Under the pieces are notes generated by a model. That model was not told where the DNA came from. It did no database searches and worked only from the letters and a program-made list of their open reading frames with translations. Of a DNA stretch of 64,000 nucleotides, positions 1 through 7,279 are shown piece by piece. Source of the stretch: an uncultured Planctomycetia bacterium (GTDB lineage: Bacteria > Omnitrophota > Gorgyraeia > CAYWPX01); the NCBI GenBank assembly GCA_964460615.1, contig CAYWPX010000009.1:19509-83508 (forward strand), in the 5' to 3' direction. How positions within the stretch are numbered: the stretch's first letter is position 1; each line of letters opens with the position of its first letter. Position numbers and translations under genes: made by a program.

Positions 1-772
1 CCCGCCTGATAGAGTTATGTTTTTTTGTGATACTGCTCTCCCCGATCGTCTGGGTACCATCCTTATGTTCGGCAATTAATATGACTTTCTCCAGAGTTGA
101 TGGTATAACATTGCCTCTAATGGCCAGAACCTTACTGGATTCCTTTACAGCTTTTTCAAAATCCCCCGTTACCTTTGACATTGCAGTTATGAAAAGGTTG
201 CCAAAATTATGGCCCGCCAAACCTGATCCTTCTTCAAATCTGAACTGAAAAAGTTTGCCCATCAAAGGCTCTGCGTCGGCAAGTGCCACAAGGCAGTTTC
301 TAATATCTCCGGGAGGTAGAACATCTAATTCCTGCCTCAATCTACCCGAAGACCCTCCGTCATCTGCAACAGTAACAATAGCGGTAATATTAGTAGTAAA
401 TTGTTTGAGTCCGTGAAGAAGAACAGATAGTCCGGTACCGCCCCCAATTGTTACAATCTTAGGGCCTTGTTCCAAAAATCTTTTTGAATATAAAAGATCA
501 ATAAGCGAGCCTTCTCTTTCGGCAGGTATAAAAGCCGTTGAGAAAGACTTAATAAGCCTGGTTATACCTGTTATCGCTCCGGCTATTCCGAGTATTACTA
601 TGATACTGGCCCATAATCTGTTATTAGAACGTTGTTCCAATATTAAAACTGCAACTCCCATAGAAAACATGATCATGCTGAATGCAGTAAATAATATCCA
701 ACGCTTTACCCTCATACCAGGGTAAAACCATTTTATGGCCTTAACAAGTTTTTTTGAAAAAAATGACGGCAT
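1..772 (-). CDS. YvcK/CofD-like (UPF0052, gluconeogenesis factor family) protein, 3' end truncated by window edge; N-terminal predicted TM segments
   Basis: Reverse-strand translation starting at ATG (rc of 770-772) gives MPSFFSKKL...IVTIGGGTGLSVLLHGL...VADDGGSSGRLR...PPGDIRNCLVALAD...HNFGNLFITAM, the family-typical GGGTGL and DDGGSSGRL motifs. ORF runs off the window start. Adjacent to ptsN as in conserved ptsN/rapZ/yvcK loci. Confidence 0.7.
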   Translation of the reverse strand, partial: MPSFFSKKLVKAIKWFYPGMRVKRWILFTAFSMIMFSMGVAVLILEQRSNNRLWASIIVILGIAGAITGITRLIKSFSTAFIPAEREGSLIDLLYSKRFLEQGPKIVTIGGGTGLSVLLHGLKQFTTNITAIVTVADDGGSSGRLRQELDVLPPGDIRNCLVALADAEPLMGKLFQFRFEEGSGLAGHNFGNLFITAMSKVTGDFEKAVKESSKVLAIRGNVIPSTLEKVILIAEHKDGTQTIGESSITKKHNSIRR

Positions 773-794
773 TATAAATCTCTATATATTTATC

Positions 795-1259
795 TTAACT
801 TTTCTTTTCGTCTTCTTCGGAAACAATCTTAAGAATAGCTTTCTCATCTTTCGCGTCTTTCAGCATTTCGCGAAAATATTTGTCTTTTAGGAGTCTAGCT
901 ATTCGAGCAAGTGCCTTTAAATGCGGTCCTGCCGATTCTTCAGGAGCAACTAAAAGAAAAAAGATATAAACGGGTTCACCGTCGAGAGATTCAAAATCAA
1001 TGCCTTTTTTGGAGAGTCCGAATGCAGCAACTAATTCGGATACGTTCTTTGATTTGCCGTGGGGGATCCCGATCCCCTGACCTATTCCAGTAGAACCAAG
1101 CTTTTCTCTGGAAAGAAGAATATCTACAAGCTCCTCCTTGTCTTTTATCGCACCGGCCTTGTGGAGAAGCCCCACAAGCTCTTTGATCACTCCTTCTTTG
1201 TCAGTAGCCTTGAGACTGGCACTGACAGCTTTAGAGTTTAAAAAATCCATAATTTTCAT
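795..1259 (-). CDS. ptsN: PTS IIA-like nitrogen regulatory protein PtsN (EIIA-Ntr)
   Basis: 154 aa. GIGIPHGKS phospho-His motif, overall EIIA(Fru/Ntr) fold similarity. Confidence 0.8.
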   Translation of the reverse strand: MKIMDFLNSKAVSASLKATDKEGVIKELVGLLHKAGAIKDKEELVDILLSREKLGSTGIGQGIGIPHGKSKNVSELVAAFGLSKKGIDFESLDGEPVYIFFLLVAPEESAGPHLKALARIARLLKDKYFREMLKDAKDEKAILKIVSEEDEKKS

Positions 1260-1445
1260 CTGGTGTACTCCTTATTTTAGACTATCCATTAGTAAGCAAA
1301 AAATCATTTTAATTAGTTTAATTTGCTTTCTTGAATAATTTACTGAATACATTCTTATAAGAAAATTGTTTTCTGAAATTCTTGTTTTAGAATTTCCCTC
1401 CCGAACCCAAAAACTTGATGAGGGAGTACAAATTAATTTCAAATA

Positions 1446-1521
1446 TGGAGCGGGAGGCGGGATTCGAACCCGTGACATCAACCTTGGCAAGGTTGCGCTC
1501 TACCAGCTGAGCTACTCCCGC
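1446..1521 (-). tRNA. tRNA-Gly (anticodon GCC), encoded CCA
   Basis: rc reads GCGGGAGTAGCTCAGCTGGTAGAGCGCAACCTTGCCAAGGTTGATGTCACGGGTTCGAATCCCGCCTCCCGCTCCA. Cloverleaf with anticodon loop TTGCCAA. Confidence 0.85.
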
Positions 1522-1617
1522 GAAACAATCAAATGAACAAAAAAATTAACTTATTTAAGGTCCTTCAGTTGCTCCAGTTTGTCGCAACTTCAGGATCAAA
1601 TCTTGCTTCGCAAGATT

Positions 1618-1702
1618 TGGTGGGCAAGGAGAGAGTTGAACTCTCAAGGGTTACCCCATACGGTCCTAAGCCGTACGCGTATGCCAGTTCCGCCACTTGC
1701 CC
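1618..1702 (-). tRNA. tRNA-Leu (anticodon TAG), long variable arm, encoded CCA
   Basis: rc reads GGGCAAGTGGCGGAACTGGCATACGCGTACGGCTTAGGACCGTATGGGGTAACCCTTGAGAGTTCAACTCTCTCCTTGCCCACCA. Anticodon stem TACGG/CCGTA, loop CTTAGGA. Confidence 0.8.
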
Positions 1703-1763
1703 GATACAGAATTAGATAAAACTACCTTGATTTAATCGGGTAATTACCCTTATTCTCCTACCC

Positions 1764-2012
1764 TATCAAAAAATTTGGTACCCCCAACAGGGGTCGTCTA
1801 CTACGTTTCGCTGATTGCTCAACTGCGTAGACTCACCTCATTTGCTTACGCTCCGTGACTCGGAGCTTATCCTCGCCTGCCGTAAGGCGGCTCGGCGCAA
1901 ATTCGCTTCTGAAATTCTTTTTTTGAATTTCATCCCGAGATTGTTTGATATAAAACAATCGAGGGGGTATTCCTATCAGAATTATCAAATTTGGTACCCC
2001 CAACAGGGGTCG
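1764..2012. repeat. ~30-bp direct repeats (1764-1796 and 1983-2012) = duplicated 3' terminus of tRNA-Lys(CTT), flanking a ~190-bp non-coding insert
   Basis: tatcaaa(aa)atttggtacccccaacaggggtcg occurs twice. The second copy is the genuine tRNA 3' end (T-loop to CCA); the first is followed by unrelated hairpin-rich sequence. Confidence 0.8.
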
Positions 2013-2067
2013 AACCTGTGACACCCTGATTAAGAGTCAGGTGCTCTACCAACTGAGCTATGGGGGC
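1992..2067 (-). tRNA. tRNA-Lys (anticodon CTT), encoded CCA
   Basis: rc reads GCCCCCATAGCTCAGTTGGTAGAGCACCTGACTCTTAATCAGGGTGTCACAGGTTCGACCCCTGTTGGGGGTACCA. Anticodon loop CTCTTAA. Confidence 0.8.
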
Positions 2068-2354
2068 AACTACAAATCAAAAATTCAATTTAAAACATCA
2101 AAAACAGTATAAACTCATTAACCATAGCCCACTTACAATGAATCTTATGGCACAATAAGTATTATGAGCAAATTCCCTTAATAAATTGAAGCTAAATTAT
2201 AACAAAATATTAGATAAGAGTCAACTATGGTTTTAGAAATAATTTTTTGAGCAATTTCTAAATATAATTATAAAGAACAGGCGCTTCTAAGCATTTTTTA
2301 GCCTAATTTATGCCATTATAACTCAGATTCCCGGGTCTAAAGATTAAAAAAGAA

Positions 2355-2536
2355 CATCTTTATTAAATTCTGGCGCGCCCGGCAGCTTGTCCGCCAATGA
2401 ATTGTGGCGGAGAGTCGACATTCTTTACTAATTTCCTTTGAAACATCTAATTCTGGCGCGCCCGGCAGCTTGTCCGCCAATGAATTGTGGCGGAGAGTCG
2501 ACATTCTTTACTAATTTCCTTTGAAACATCTAATTC
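2355..2536. repeat. Tandem 83-bp repeat (2.2 copies); each unit begins with the 3'-terminal 18 nt of tRNA-Arg plus a hairpin (ccgccaatgaattgtggcgg). The last unit runs into the real tRNA.
   Basis: ttctggcgcgcccggcagcttgtccgccaatgaattgtggcggagagtcgacattctttactaatttcctttgaaacatctaa is present at 2368-2450 and 2451-2533, then ttctggcgcgcccggcag continues as tRNA-Arg. Confidence 0.85.
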
Positions 2537-2613
2537 TGGCGCGCCCGGCAGGAGTCGAACCTGCGACCAAGTGGTTCGAAGCCACCTACTCTATCCAGCT
2601 GAGCTACGGGCGC
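2537..2613 (-). tRNA. tRNA-Arg (anticodon TCG), encoded CCA
   Basis: rc reads GCGCCCGTAGCTCAGCTGGATAGAGTAGGTGGCTTCGAACCACTTGGTCGCAGGTTCGACTCCTGCCGGGCGCGCCA. Anticodon loop CTTCGAA. Confidence 0.75.
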
Positions 2614-2663
2614 AAAAATTACACACAAATTAATTTTACTACTCAATTGGATAGTTATACTTT

Positions 2664-2795
2664 AGTAGGTGGCTTAGAGCCACCTACTCCCTGCCTGCCG
2701 GCCCTCTGAAATCTAAAAGATTTCGAGGCCTTTAGTCCCGGAAATGCGTAGCATTTCACGGGGCAGGCAGGTATCCAGCTGAGCTACGGGCGCAA
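2664..2795 (-). pseudogene. tRNA-Arg-derived fragment (5' acceptor/D-arm and anticodon stem-loop, no T-arm) interrupted by an 82-bp palindrome-ended element
   Basis: rc reads GCGCCCGTAGCTCAGCTGGATA + [CCTGCCTGCC...GGCAGGCAGG] + GAGTAGGTGGCTCTAAGCCACCTACT. The first 22 nt are identical to the tRNA-Arg 5' end and no 3' half follows. Confidence 0.6.
2690..2771. mobile_element. MITE-like element: 12-bp terminal inverted repeats CCTGCCTGCCGG / (G)GGGCAGGCAGG enclosing ~58 bp with two internal hairpins; inserted in the pseudo-tRNA
   Basis: Termini match the dispersed 20-bp palindrome found at 47217, 47237, 52923 and 60007. Interior hairpins tgaaatct/agatttca and gaaatgc/gcatttc. Confidence 0.5.
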
Positions 2796-2844
2796 AAACA
2801 TTAAAATTCTATGGTGTTACTTAAAAAGATCCCTGATCCCAAGG

Positions 2845-3954
2845 TTATTGCTGCATTTTTTGCAACTGATTAATTATCTCATCCATAACGGCAAACCCGA
2901 TTGCATATTTGACCTTTGGCCCTATATTGATCGAGGGTTTTTCAACAGGTCCTTTTATTACAAAATCAAAAATTACCTCTCCTCTTCCTGACATAAGGTA
3001 TGGCTTTAGTTTATCCACTGCCACCTGTAAAAAGGTTGTTCCTTCCATCCCTTCTTTGATATCCAGTTCAAGTTTATTAAAGGTCATTGTTGTCAGAGAA
3101 TCTATATTGCCGCTATGCATGGCTATCTTTGTATCGGACCCAAACCTGGCCTCATGCACTAAAAAAGGGATCTTATTCTCAAAATAGGGTAAAAATTTCA
3201 TCAGATCAATATTGCCGGTAGTGATCGTACACTCGGTATCCACTCTATCGTTATGAATAGCCGCATTACCATTTACCAGAACATCACCATCTTCCGGTTC
3301 TTCAATAATATTAAAATTCAAAGAATATACCGTTTGGATAATATCATCGCTACCCAGGGTATTGGAAATTTCTGATGCAACATTTTTGCATATCAATAAA
3401 TCGGTCCCTTTGGCCAGATAATTATCTCTAAAATTTACAATTGAGTCTTTTATAGTGATTTTCTTTATACTTTTTAATGAATTATAAATTGAAGACGCTG
3501 AAGAGAAACCGGACTCCCCGGCATAAGCCAACCTAGACGGGTCTAAATTCAGAAGTTTCATCTTAGATTTATTTTGAACAAAATTAGCAATATTAAACCG
3601 GCCTTTATAATTCCGCTCGACATTCAATACGGCCTTTTGTATCAGAATTTCTTTAATAAAAAGCTTCTTTTCTTTTTCAAATTTTTCTTTATCAAAAGCA
3701 ATTGAACACAATTCTGCATTCAAAAGAGTCTTGTTTTCAAAATCCATCGTATCTGGTATGGTAAAACCCTTAAAATCCACCGTCCCTTTATCGAGGCTAA
3801 ATGAAATACTTTCAAATTTGAGAGGCCTACCCAAAATTTCACTTAATTTATCCTCAATAAGAACCTTTCCATAAAATTTCATATACAAAGCTATAGCCAA
3901 AACAATAGCTATGGCCAAAGCCAAAACTATGATGAAAATTTTTGAGTATTTCAT
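2845..3954 (-). CDS. AsmA-like outer-membrane assembly/biogenesis protein (N-terminal TM anchor)
   Basis: 369 aa. N-terminal hydrophobic anchor, and a C-terminal region (..GPVEKPSINIGPKV..) resembling AsmA-family C-termini. Length is shorter than canonical AsmA. Confidence 0.4.
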   Translation of the reverse strand: MKYSKIFIIVLALAIAIVLAIALYMKFYGKVLIEDKLSEILGRPLKFESISFSLDKGTVDFKGFTIPDTMDFENKTLLNAELCSIAFDKEKFEKEKKLFIKEILIQKAVLNVERNYKGRFNIANFVQNKSKMKLLNLDPSRLAYAGESGFSSASSIYNSLKSIKKITIKDSIVNFRDNYLAKGTDLLICKNVASEISNTLGSDDIIQTVYSLNFNIIEEPEDGDVLVNGNAAIHNDRVDTECTITTGNIDLMKFLPYFENKIPFLVHEARFGSDTKIAMHSGNIDSLTTMTFNKLELDIKEGMEGTTFLQVAVDKLKPYLMSGRGEVIFDFVIKGPVEKPSINIGPKVKYAIGFAVMDEIINQLQKMQQ

Positions 3955-3955
3955 G

Positions 3956-4123
3956 TTAGTTTTTATCGGTGTGGCTAGAAGTGCCGAACGAATAGTGCAT
4001 TAAGGTGTGTTCGATCATCCCCACTTTGTAATAAAGGTCTGACATTATAACACAGCTTCCAACAATATAGACCGCTAAGGCCGCTATAAGGAACTTAATA
4101 AAAATTGGGTTCGTTTTTTTCAT
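3956..4123 (-). CDS. small hydrophobic protein (55 aa), possible membrane peptide upstream of the asmA-like gene
   Basis: MKKTNPIFIKFLIAALAVYIVGSCVIMSDLYYKVGMIEHTLMHYSFGTSSHTDKN. GGAGA RBS 8 nt upstream. Stop is 2 nt before the asmA-like start. Not in the ORF track (<60 aa). Confidence 0.3.
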   Translation of the reverse strand: MKKTNPIFIKFLIAALAVYIVGSCVIMSDLYYKVGMIEHTLMHYSFGTSSHTDKN

Positions 4124-4159
4124 AAATATTCTCCATTAATATCATTTTCCCGTCGTCTA

Positions 4160-4188
4160 ATGTTATAATAAAGGCTATCCTTTGTCAA
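4160..4188 (-). promoter_or_regulatory. putative sigma70 promoter (TTGACA-17-TAACAT) for the small ORF/asmA-like operon
   Basis: rc of 4183-4188 = TTGACA, rc of 4160-4165 = TAACAT, 17-bp spacer, ~35 nt upstream of the ATG at 4123. Confidence 0.35.
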
Positions 4189-4227
4189 GGCAATAGTTAG
4201 TTAAAACCTAGCTTTCAGCAAAAAATA

Positions 4228-4617
4228 CTATTCCGCTTTTTCCTCATGAACCCCCATCTCATCTTCATCCTCGCCTACAGATCTTCCGGCCTCTGTTTCA
4301 GAGTGAACATCCATCTCACTATCGCTTTCCATAACAGATCTGCCCTTTTCCCATTCTGAGTGGCTGGTTATTGGATTTTTCGGCTCGGGGAAGTTCTCCT
4401 CATCCAAAAAGCCTTCTCCGGAGGCATTCTCATCAAGTGCTGCATCGGGGTCTTCTTCGCCTTCGGCTTTAATACCAAAATCATCATTTAAAACATCCGG
4501 AATTTCCGGGCTATCATACTCTGAGTTATCGTTTGAATCATCACAAAAAGAATAACCTGGATAAAACAATAACAAAAAGAGCCCCGCGATCATAAAATAA
4601 AAAAATTTATTTTTCAT
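4228..4617 (-). CDS. secreted acidic protein, hypothetical (signal peptide, Asp/Glu-rich, internal repeat)
   Basis: 129 aa. N-terminal hydrophobic signal peptide, internal repeat S/TE..GRSV.E.DSEMDVHSE. Confidence 0.45.
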   Translation of the reverse strand: MKNKFFYFMIAGLFLLLFYPGYSFCDDSNDNSEYDSPEIPDVLNDDFGIKAEGEEDPDAALDENASGEGFLDEENFPEPKNPITSHSEWEKGRSVMESDSEMDVHSETEAGRSVGEDEDEMGVHEEKAE

Positions 4618-4642
4618 GGCATATCTCCTGAATTTTCCCCTT

Positions 4643-4675
4643 AAAAAAAATACCCAAGCATATTTTGCTTGGGTA
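4643..4675 (-). terminator. rho-independent terminator after ORF 4743-4925
   Basis: Stem tacccaagca/tgcttgggta followed on the minus strand by T8. Confidence 0.7.
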
Positions 4676-4742
4676 ATAACAAATCAACCTGACCAGCTCA
4701 TAGTTTAACCAATAATGTATGCGCATGTAATTAAGGCATTAA

Positions 4743-4925
4743 CTAATTCTGACCTTCAGCACCCGTTTCGAAAACTTTTTGTGCTATCCTTCTTATTCTT
4801 TCAATATCTACATTCTTAAAAACTTCATGAACAGATTCTATAGCGTCTTCGCAATTTGCCTGAAACCAATGTCTTTCAAGCTTAAGCTTTTTTTCTATAT
4901 CCTCATCCGTTATATCATCTTTCAT
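4743..4925 (-). CDS. hypothetical small protein (60 aa)
   Basis: ORF with downstream terminator; no recognisable family. Confidence 0.4.
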   Translation of the reverse strand: MKDDITDEDIEKKLKLERHWFQANCEDAIESVHEVFKNVDIERIRRIAQKVFETGAEGQN

Positions 4926-5010
4926 TTTTCCACCTTTCGGTTTTATAGTTTAAGTATACACTAATTTCTTAGAAAATACACCTAAATTTATACTAATTTC
5001 AAAATTTAGC

Positions 5011-5391
5011 TTAGTATACATCCAAGTCATTCAGGCGTTTATCAGAGATCCCAAAATGATGGGCTATCTCATGCTGGAGAGTATGTTTGATCTCTTCATA
5101 AATGTCCAAAGAATTCTCTTTGCACTCCTTTTCAATATTTTGTTTGAACAGAGTTATCTTATCGGGCAAAACCATACCATAATAATGAGTCCTCTCTTTT
5201 AAAGGAACTCCGTGATATAAACCAAGAATGCGCCCTTTTCGGCTAAGCCCAAGGTCCCTGGCAAGCTTAGCATTAAACCTTTCTTCAATGACAACATCCA
5301 CATTGTCGAGTTTATCTTTATATGCCTTAGGCAGCTCTTCAAGAGCTTTTAAGACCAATTTTTCAAACTCAACACGAGTCATATGATCCAT
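5011..5391 (-). CDS. zincin-like minimal metallopeptidase (DUF1025/COG3824-like)
   Basis: 126 aa with C-terminal HEIAHHFG zinc-binding HExxH motif typical of this small family. Confidence 0.6.
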   Translation of the reverse strand: MDHMTRVEFEKLVLKALEELPKAYKDKLDNVDVVIEERFNAKLARDLGLSRKGRILGLYHGVPLKERTHYYGMVLPDKITLFKQNIEKECKENSLDIYEEIKHTLQHEIAHHFGISDKRLNDLDVY

Positions 5392-5644
5392 CTCATTCCC
5401 ATAAGATCATTAATAAATTTCTTACCTATTTACACTTTTAGGCTTCTCTAGCGTCCCTTATAGCTATTACAGAAAATTTATTTTGCATATACCACAAACC
5501 CCACCACTGATATACGGGGCTTTACAACCCCCCCCACAACCTCTTACGATCCAAGACAAAAACAACTTATCAATGACCGGCAATATTATCTTACGATAAT
5601 ATCATTTGAATGTCAAATCAACTAATGGCAGACTCATACTTAAC

Positions 5645-5690
5645 CAAAAAAAATGGCGCTAGTAAGCAATATCATTGCATACAAGCGCCA
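5645..5690 (-). terminator. rho-independent terminator after ORF 5709-6380
   Basis: GC stem tggcgc...gcgcca with nested hairpin, followed on the minus strand by T9. Confidence 0.7.
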
Positions 5691-5708
5691 CTTTGTATTA
5701 ACTTTAAA

Positions 5709-6380
5709 TTATTTTACCTGTTCGGATAAATCAGTCCAAGGCCAAGTGCTATCAAATGCGTATCCAGGGTTATCTTCCGGATTAGGCAATAAGAACATTG
5801 CCAGATTTCCTACTCCGTACGCTTCTCGGCTCAACCAGAACCACACACCTTTTCCAAACCCAACAAAAGGCTTGTCCTCTTTTGCGCCTTTTATTGCCTG
5901 GCCAGGAAGTTCGGCTATGCCCAAGAATGTATCAGCTGCACCACTAACAAGTTTTTTGCCTACAGGCATTACTAAACCTTCTTTAAGGTCCGGCTTAAAA
6001 ATATCATACTTTGTCCCTTTTTCCCAAGCATACTCTGCATCTAAAGGAACGCCTACGCCTTTATTATCTGCAGGGTTTGCCGTCCAAAATCCAAACAATT
6101 CCAATGCTCCCCAGCCTGTACGTCCGGCAGCATGGCTAATACCGCTAAATATACCGACGATCGCGCCGGTAGTCTTTGACAAAGCTTCATTTTCAATCGG
6201 TTCAATCCCGTTCTCCCAGCCCTTGTAGATCTGGACAGGGAGTTCTACTATGCCTGTCACTAAATTAATAAAACCTCTGACGGCTTTCTTGCCCATTCCC
6301 TGAGCAATAGTATCGTCAGCCGCACTTGCTGTTGATGCTATCATCATAATAGCAATGATGATTACCATTAACTTACGCAT
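5709..6380 (-). CDS. secreted protein with duplicated G-x-x-E-L-P-x-Q-x-x-K-G motif domain (resembles exosortase-associated small secreted protein families)
   Basis: 223 aa. Signal peptide ending SASA, internal duplication RGFINLVTGIVELPVQIYKG / SGAADTFLGIAELPGQAIKG. The overlapping + ORF 5653-6228 was judged spurious. Confidence 0.5.
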   Translation of the reverse strand: MRKLMVIIIAIMMIASTASAADDTIAQGMGKKAVRGFINLVTGIVELPVQIYKGWENGIEPIENEALSKTTGAIVGIFSGISHAAGRTGWGALELFGFWTANPADNKGVGVPLDAEYAWEKGTKYDIFKPDLKEGLVMPVGKKLVSGAADTFLGIAELPGQAIKGAKEDKPFVGFGKGVWFWLSREAYGVGNLAMFLLPNPEDNPGYAFDSTWPWTDLSEQVK

Positions 6381-6515
6381 TTACGCCTCCTTTGTTTTTA
6401 TTAATATATAAAGACTCATAGTATTCCCGTAGTTCCTAACAGAGTAGTTTACATTAGCATTATTTTAATGTCAAGAATTTATAATTTCAGATATAAAATT
6501 GTCATCTCAAAATCC

Positions 6516-6893
6516 TTATTCCCTGATCTCTTCAATTCTAACTTTTATAATGCCGGATTCTAGATCGGCAATTTGTGAAAATGCTGCTTTGCTAAGATCG
6601 ATTATTATACCTTTTTTATAAATGTGGCTCGCTGGGCCGAAATTATTATGCCTTACCACGACGCATTTGTTATTTTCGATATTACAGACTTTATATGATT
6701 TACCGAAATCGGTCTTACGCATTGCGCATGTAAGATCAAGTTCGTTAAATTTCTCCCCTGAAGCCGTTGATGTAGCTGTATACCAGGAAGCCATCCCTGC
6801 TTTGGGATAAGCTCCGGGAAAAGATGTGCTATTTAAACATCCGGAAATGCCTAAAAGATAAACCATAAATAAATTAAATACAATCTTATTCAT
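6516..6893 (-). CDS. rlpA: RlpA-like lipoprotein (double-psi beta-barrel domain)
   Basis: 125 aa. Lipobox LGISGC, and GMASWYTATSTASGEKF...VVVRHNNFGP...IDLSKAAFSQI, matching the RlpA DPBB signature. Confidence 0.7.
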   Translation of the reverse strand: MNKIVFNLFMVYLLGISGCLNSTSFPGAYPKAGMASWYTATSTASGEKFNELDLTCAMRKTDFGKSYKVCNIENNKCVVVRHNNFGPASHIYKKGIIIDLSKAAFSQIADLESGIIKVRIEEIRE

Positions 6894-6909
6894 TAAATTT
6901 TTACAAAAA

Positions 6910-7278
6910 TTATCCGATAAATTTTTTTATTTTAGCTATCAGGTCTTCTGCTTTAAACGGTTTTATCACACAATCGTCCGCGCACATATTCTTAGATTTT
7001 TCGGAAAGCATAAGACTGGAAATATTTGCAGTAAAAAAAATTATCGGTATGGGTTTAAACTTAACGTTACTCTTTAGTATTTTACAAAGCTCTTCACCTT
7101 GCATCCCCGGAAGCCGCAAATCCAATAATATCAGATCAGGCGGGGTTTTTTCTATCAAAGCCAATCCGTCTTCAGCAGTACCTGCCGATATGACTTTGTA
7201 ACCTAATCTTTCCAATCTTACGGTCACAATGATGCACATGTCCGGTTCATCGTCTATAATAAGAATATTTTTCGCCAT
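6910..7278 (-). CDS. single-domain response regulator (REC only)
   Basis: Start taken at MAKNILIIDDEPD (ATG rc 7276-7278) directly after the HK stop. DD...D(LILLD)...T...KPF receiver motifs. The longer ORF-track version overlaps the kinase. Confidence 0.8.
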   Translation of the reverse strand: MAKNILIIDDEPDMCIIVTVRLERLGYKVISAGTAEDGLALIEKTPPDLILLDLRLPGMQGEELCKILKSNVKFKPIPIIFFTANISSLMLSEKSKNMCADDCVIKPFKAEDLIAKIKKFIG

Positions 7279-7279
7279 T

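Noticed and set aside
27-248. 73-aa + strand ORF at the window start
   Set aside because: Lies entirely inside the minus-strand YvcK-like gene, which has strong family motifs. No RBS; likely a shadow ORF.
1533-1715. 60-aa + ORF
   Set aside because: Overlaps tRNA-Leu(TAG) on the opposite strand; the tRNA cloverleaf is a far better explanation.
1797-1986. Possibility that the 190-bp insert in the tRNA-Lys(CTT) region is a group I intron or a split tRNA
   Set aside because: The insert lies after a complete copy of the 3' end rather than within the anticodon loop. The downstream tRNA is intact and colinear, and no intron core motifs were recognised.
5653-6228. 191-aa + ORF opposite the secreted repeat protein
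   Set aside because: Pro/Ser-rich shadow ORF. The minus-strand ORF has a signal peptide, internal duplication and a downstream terminator.
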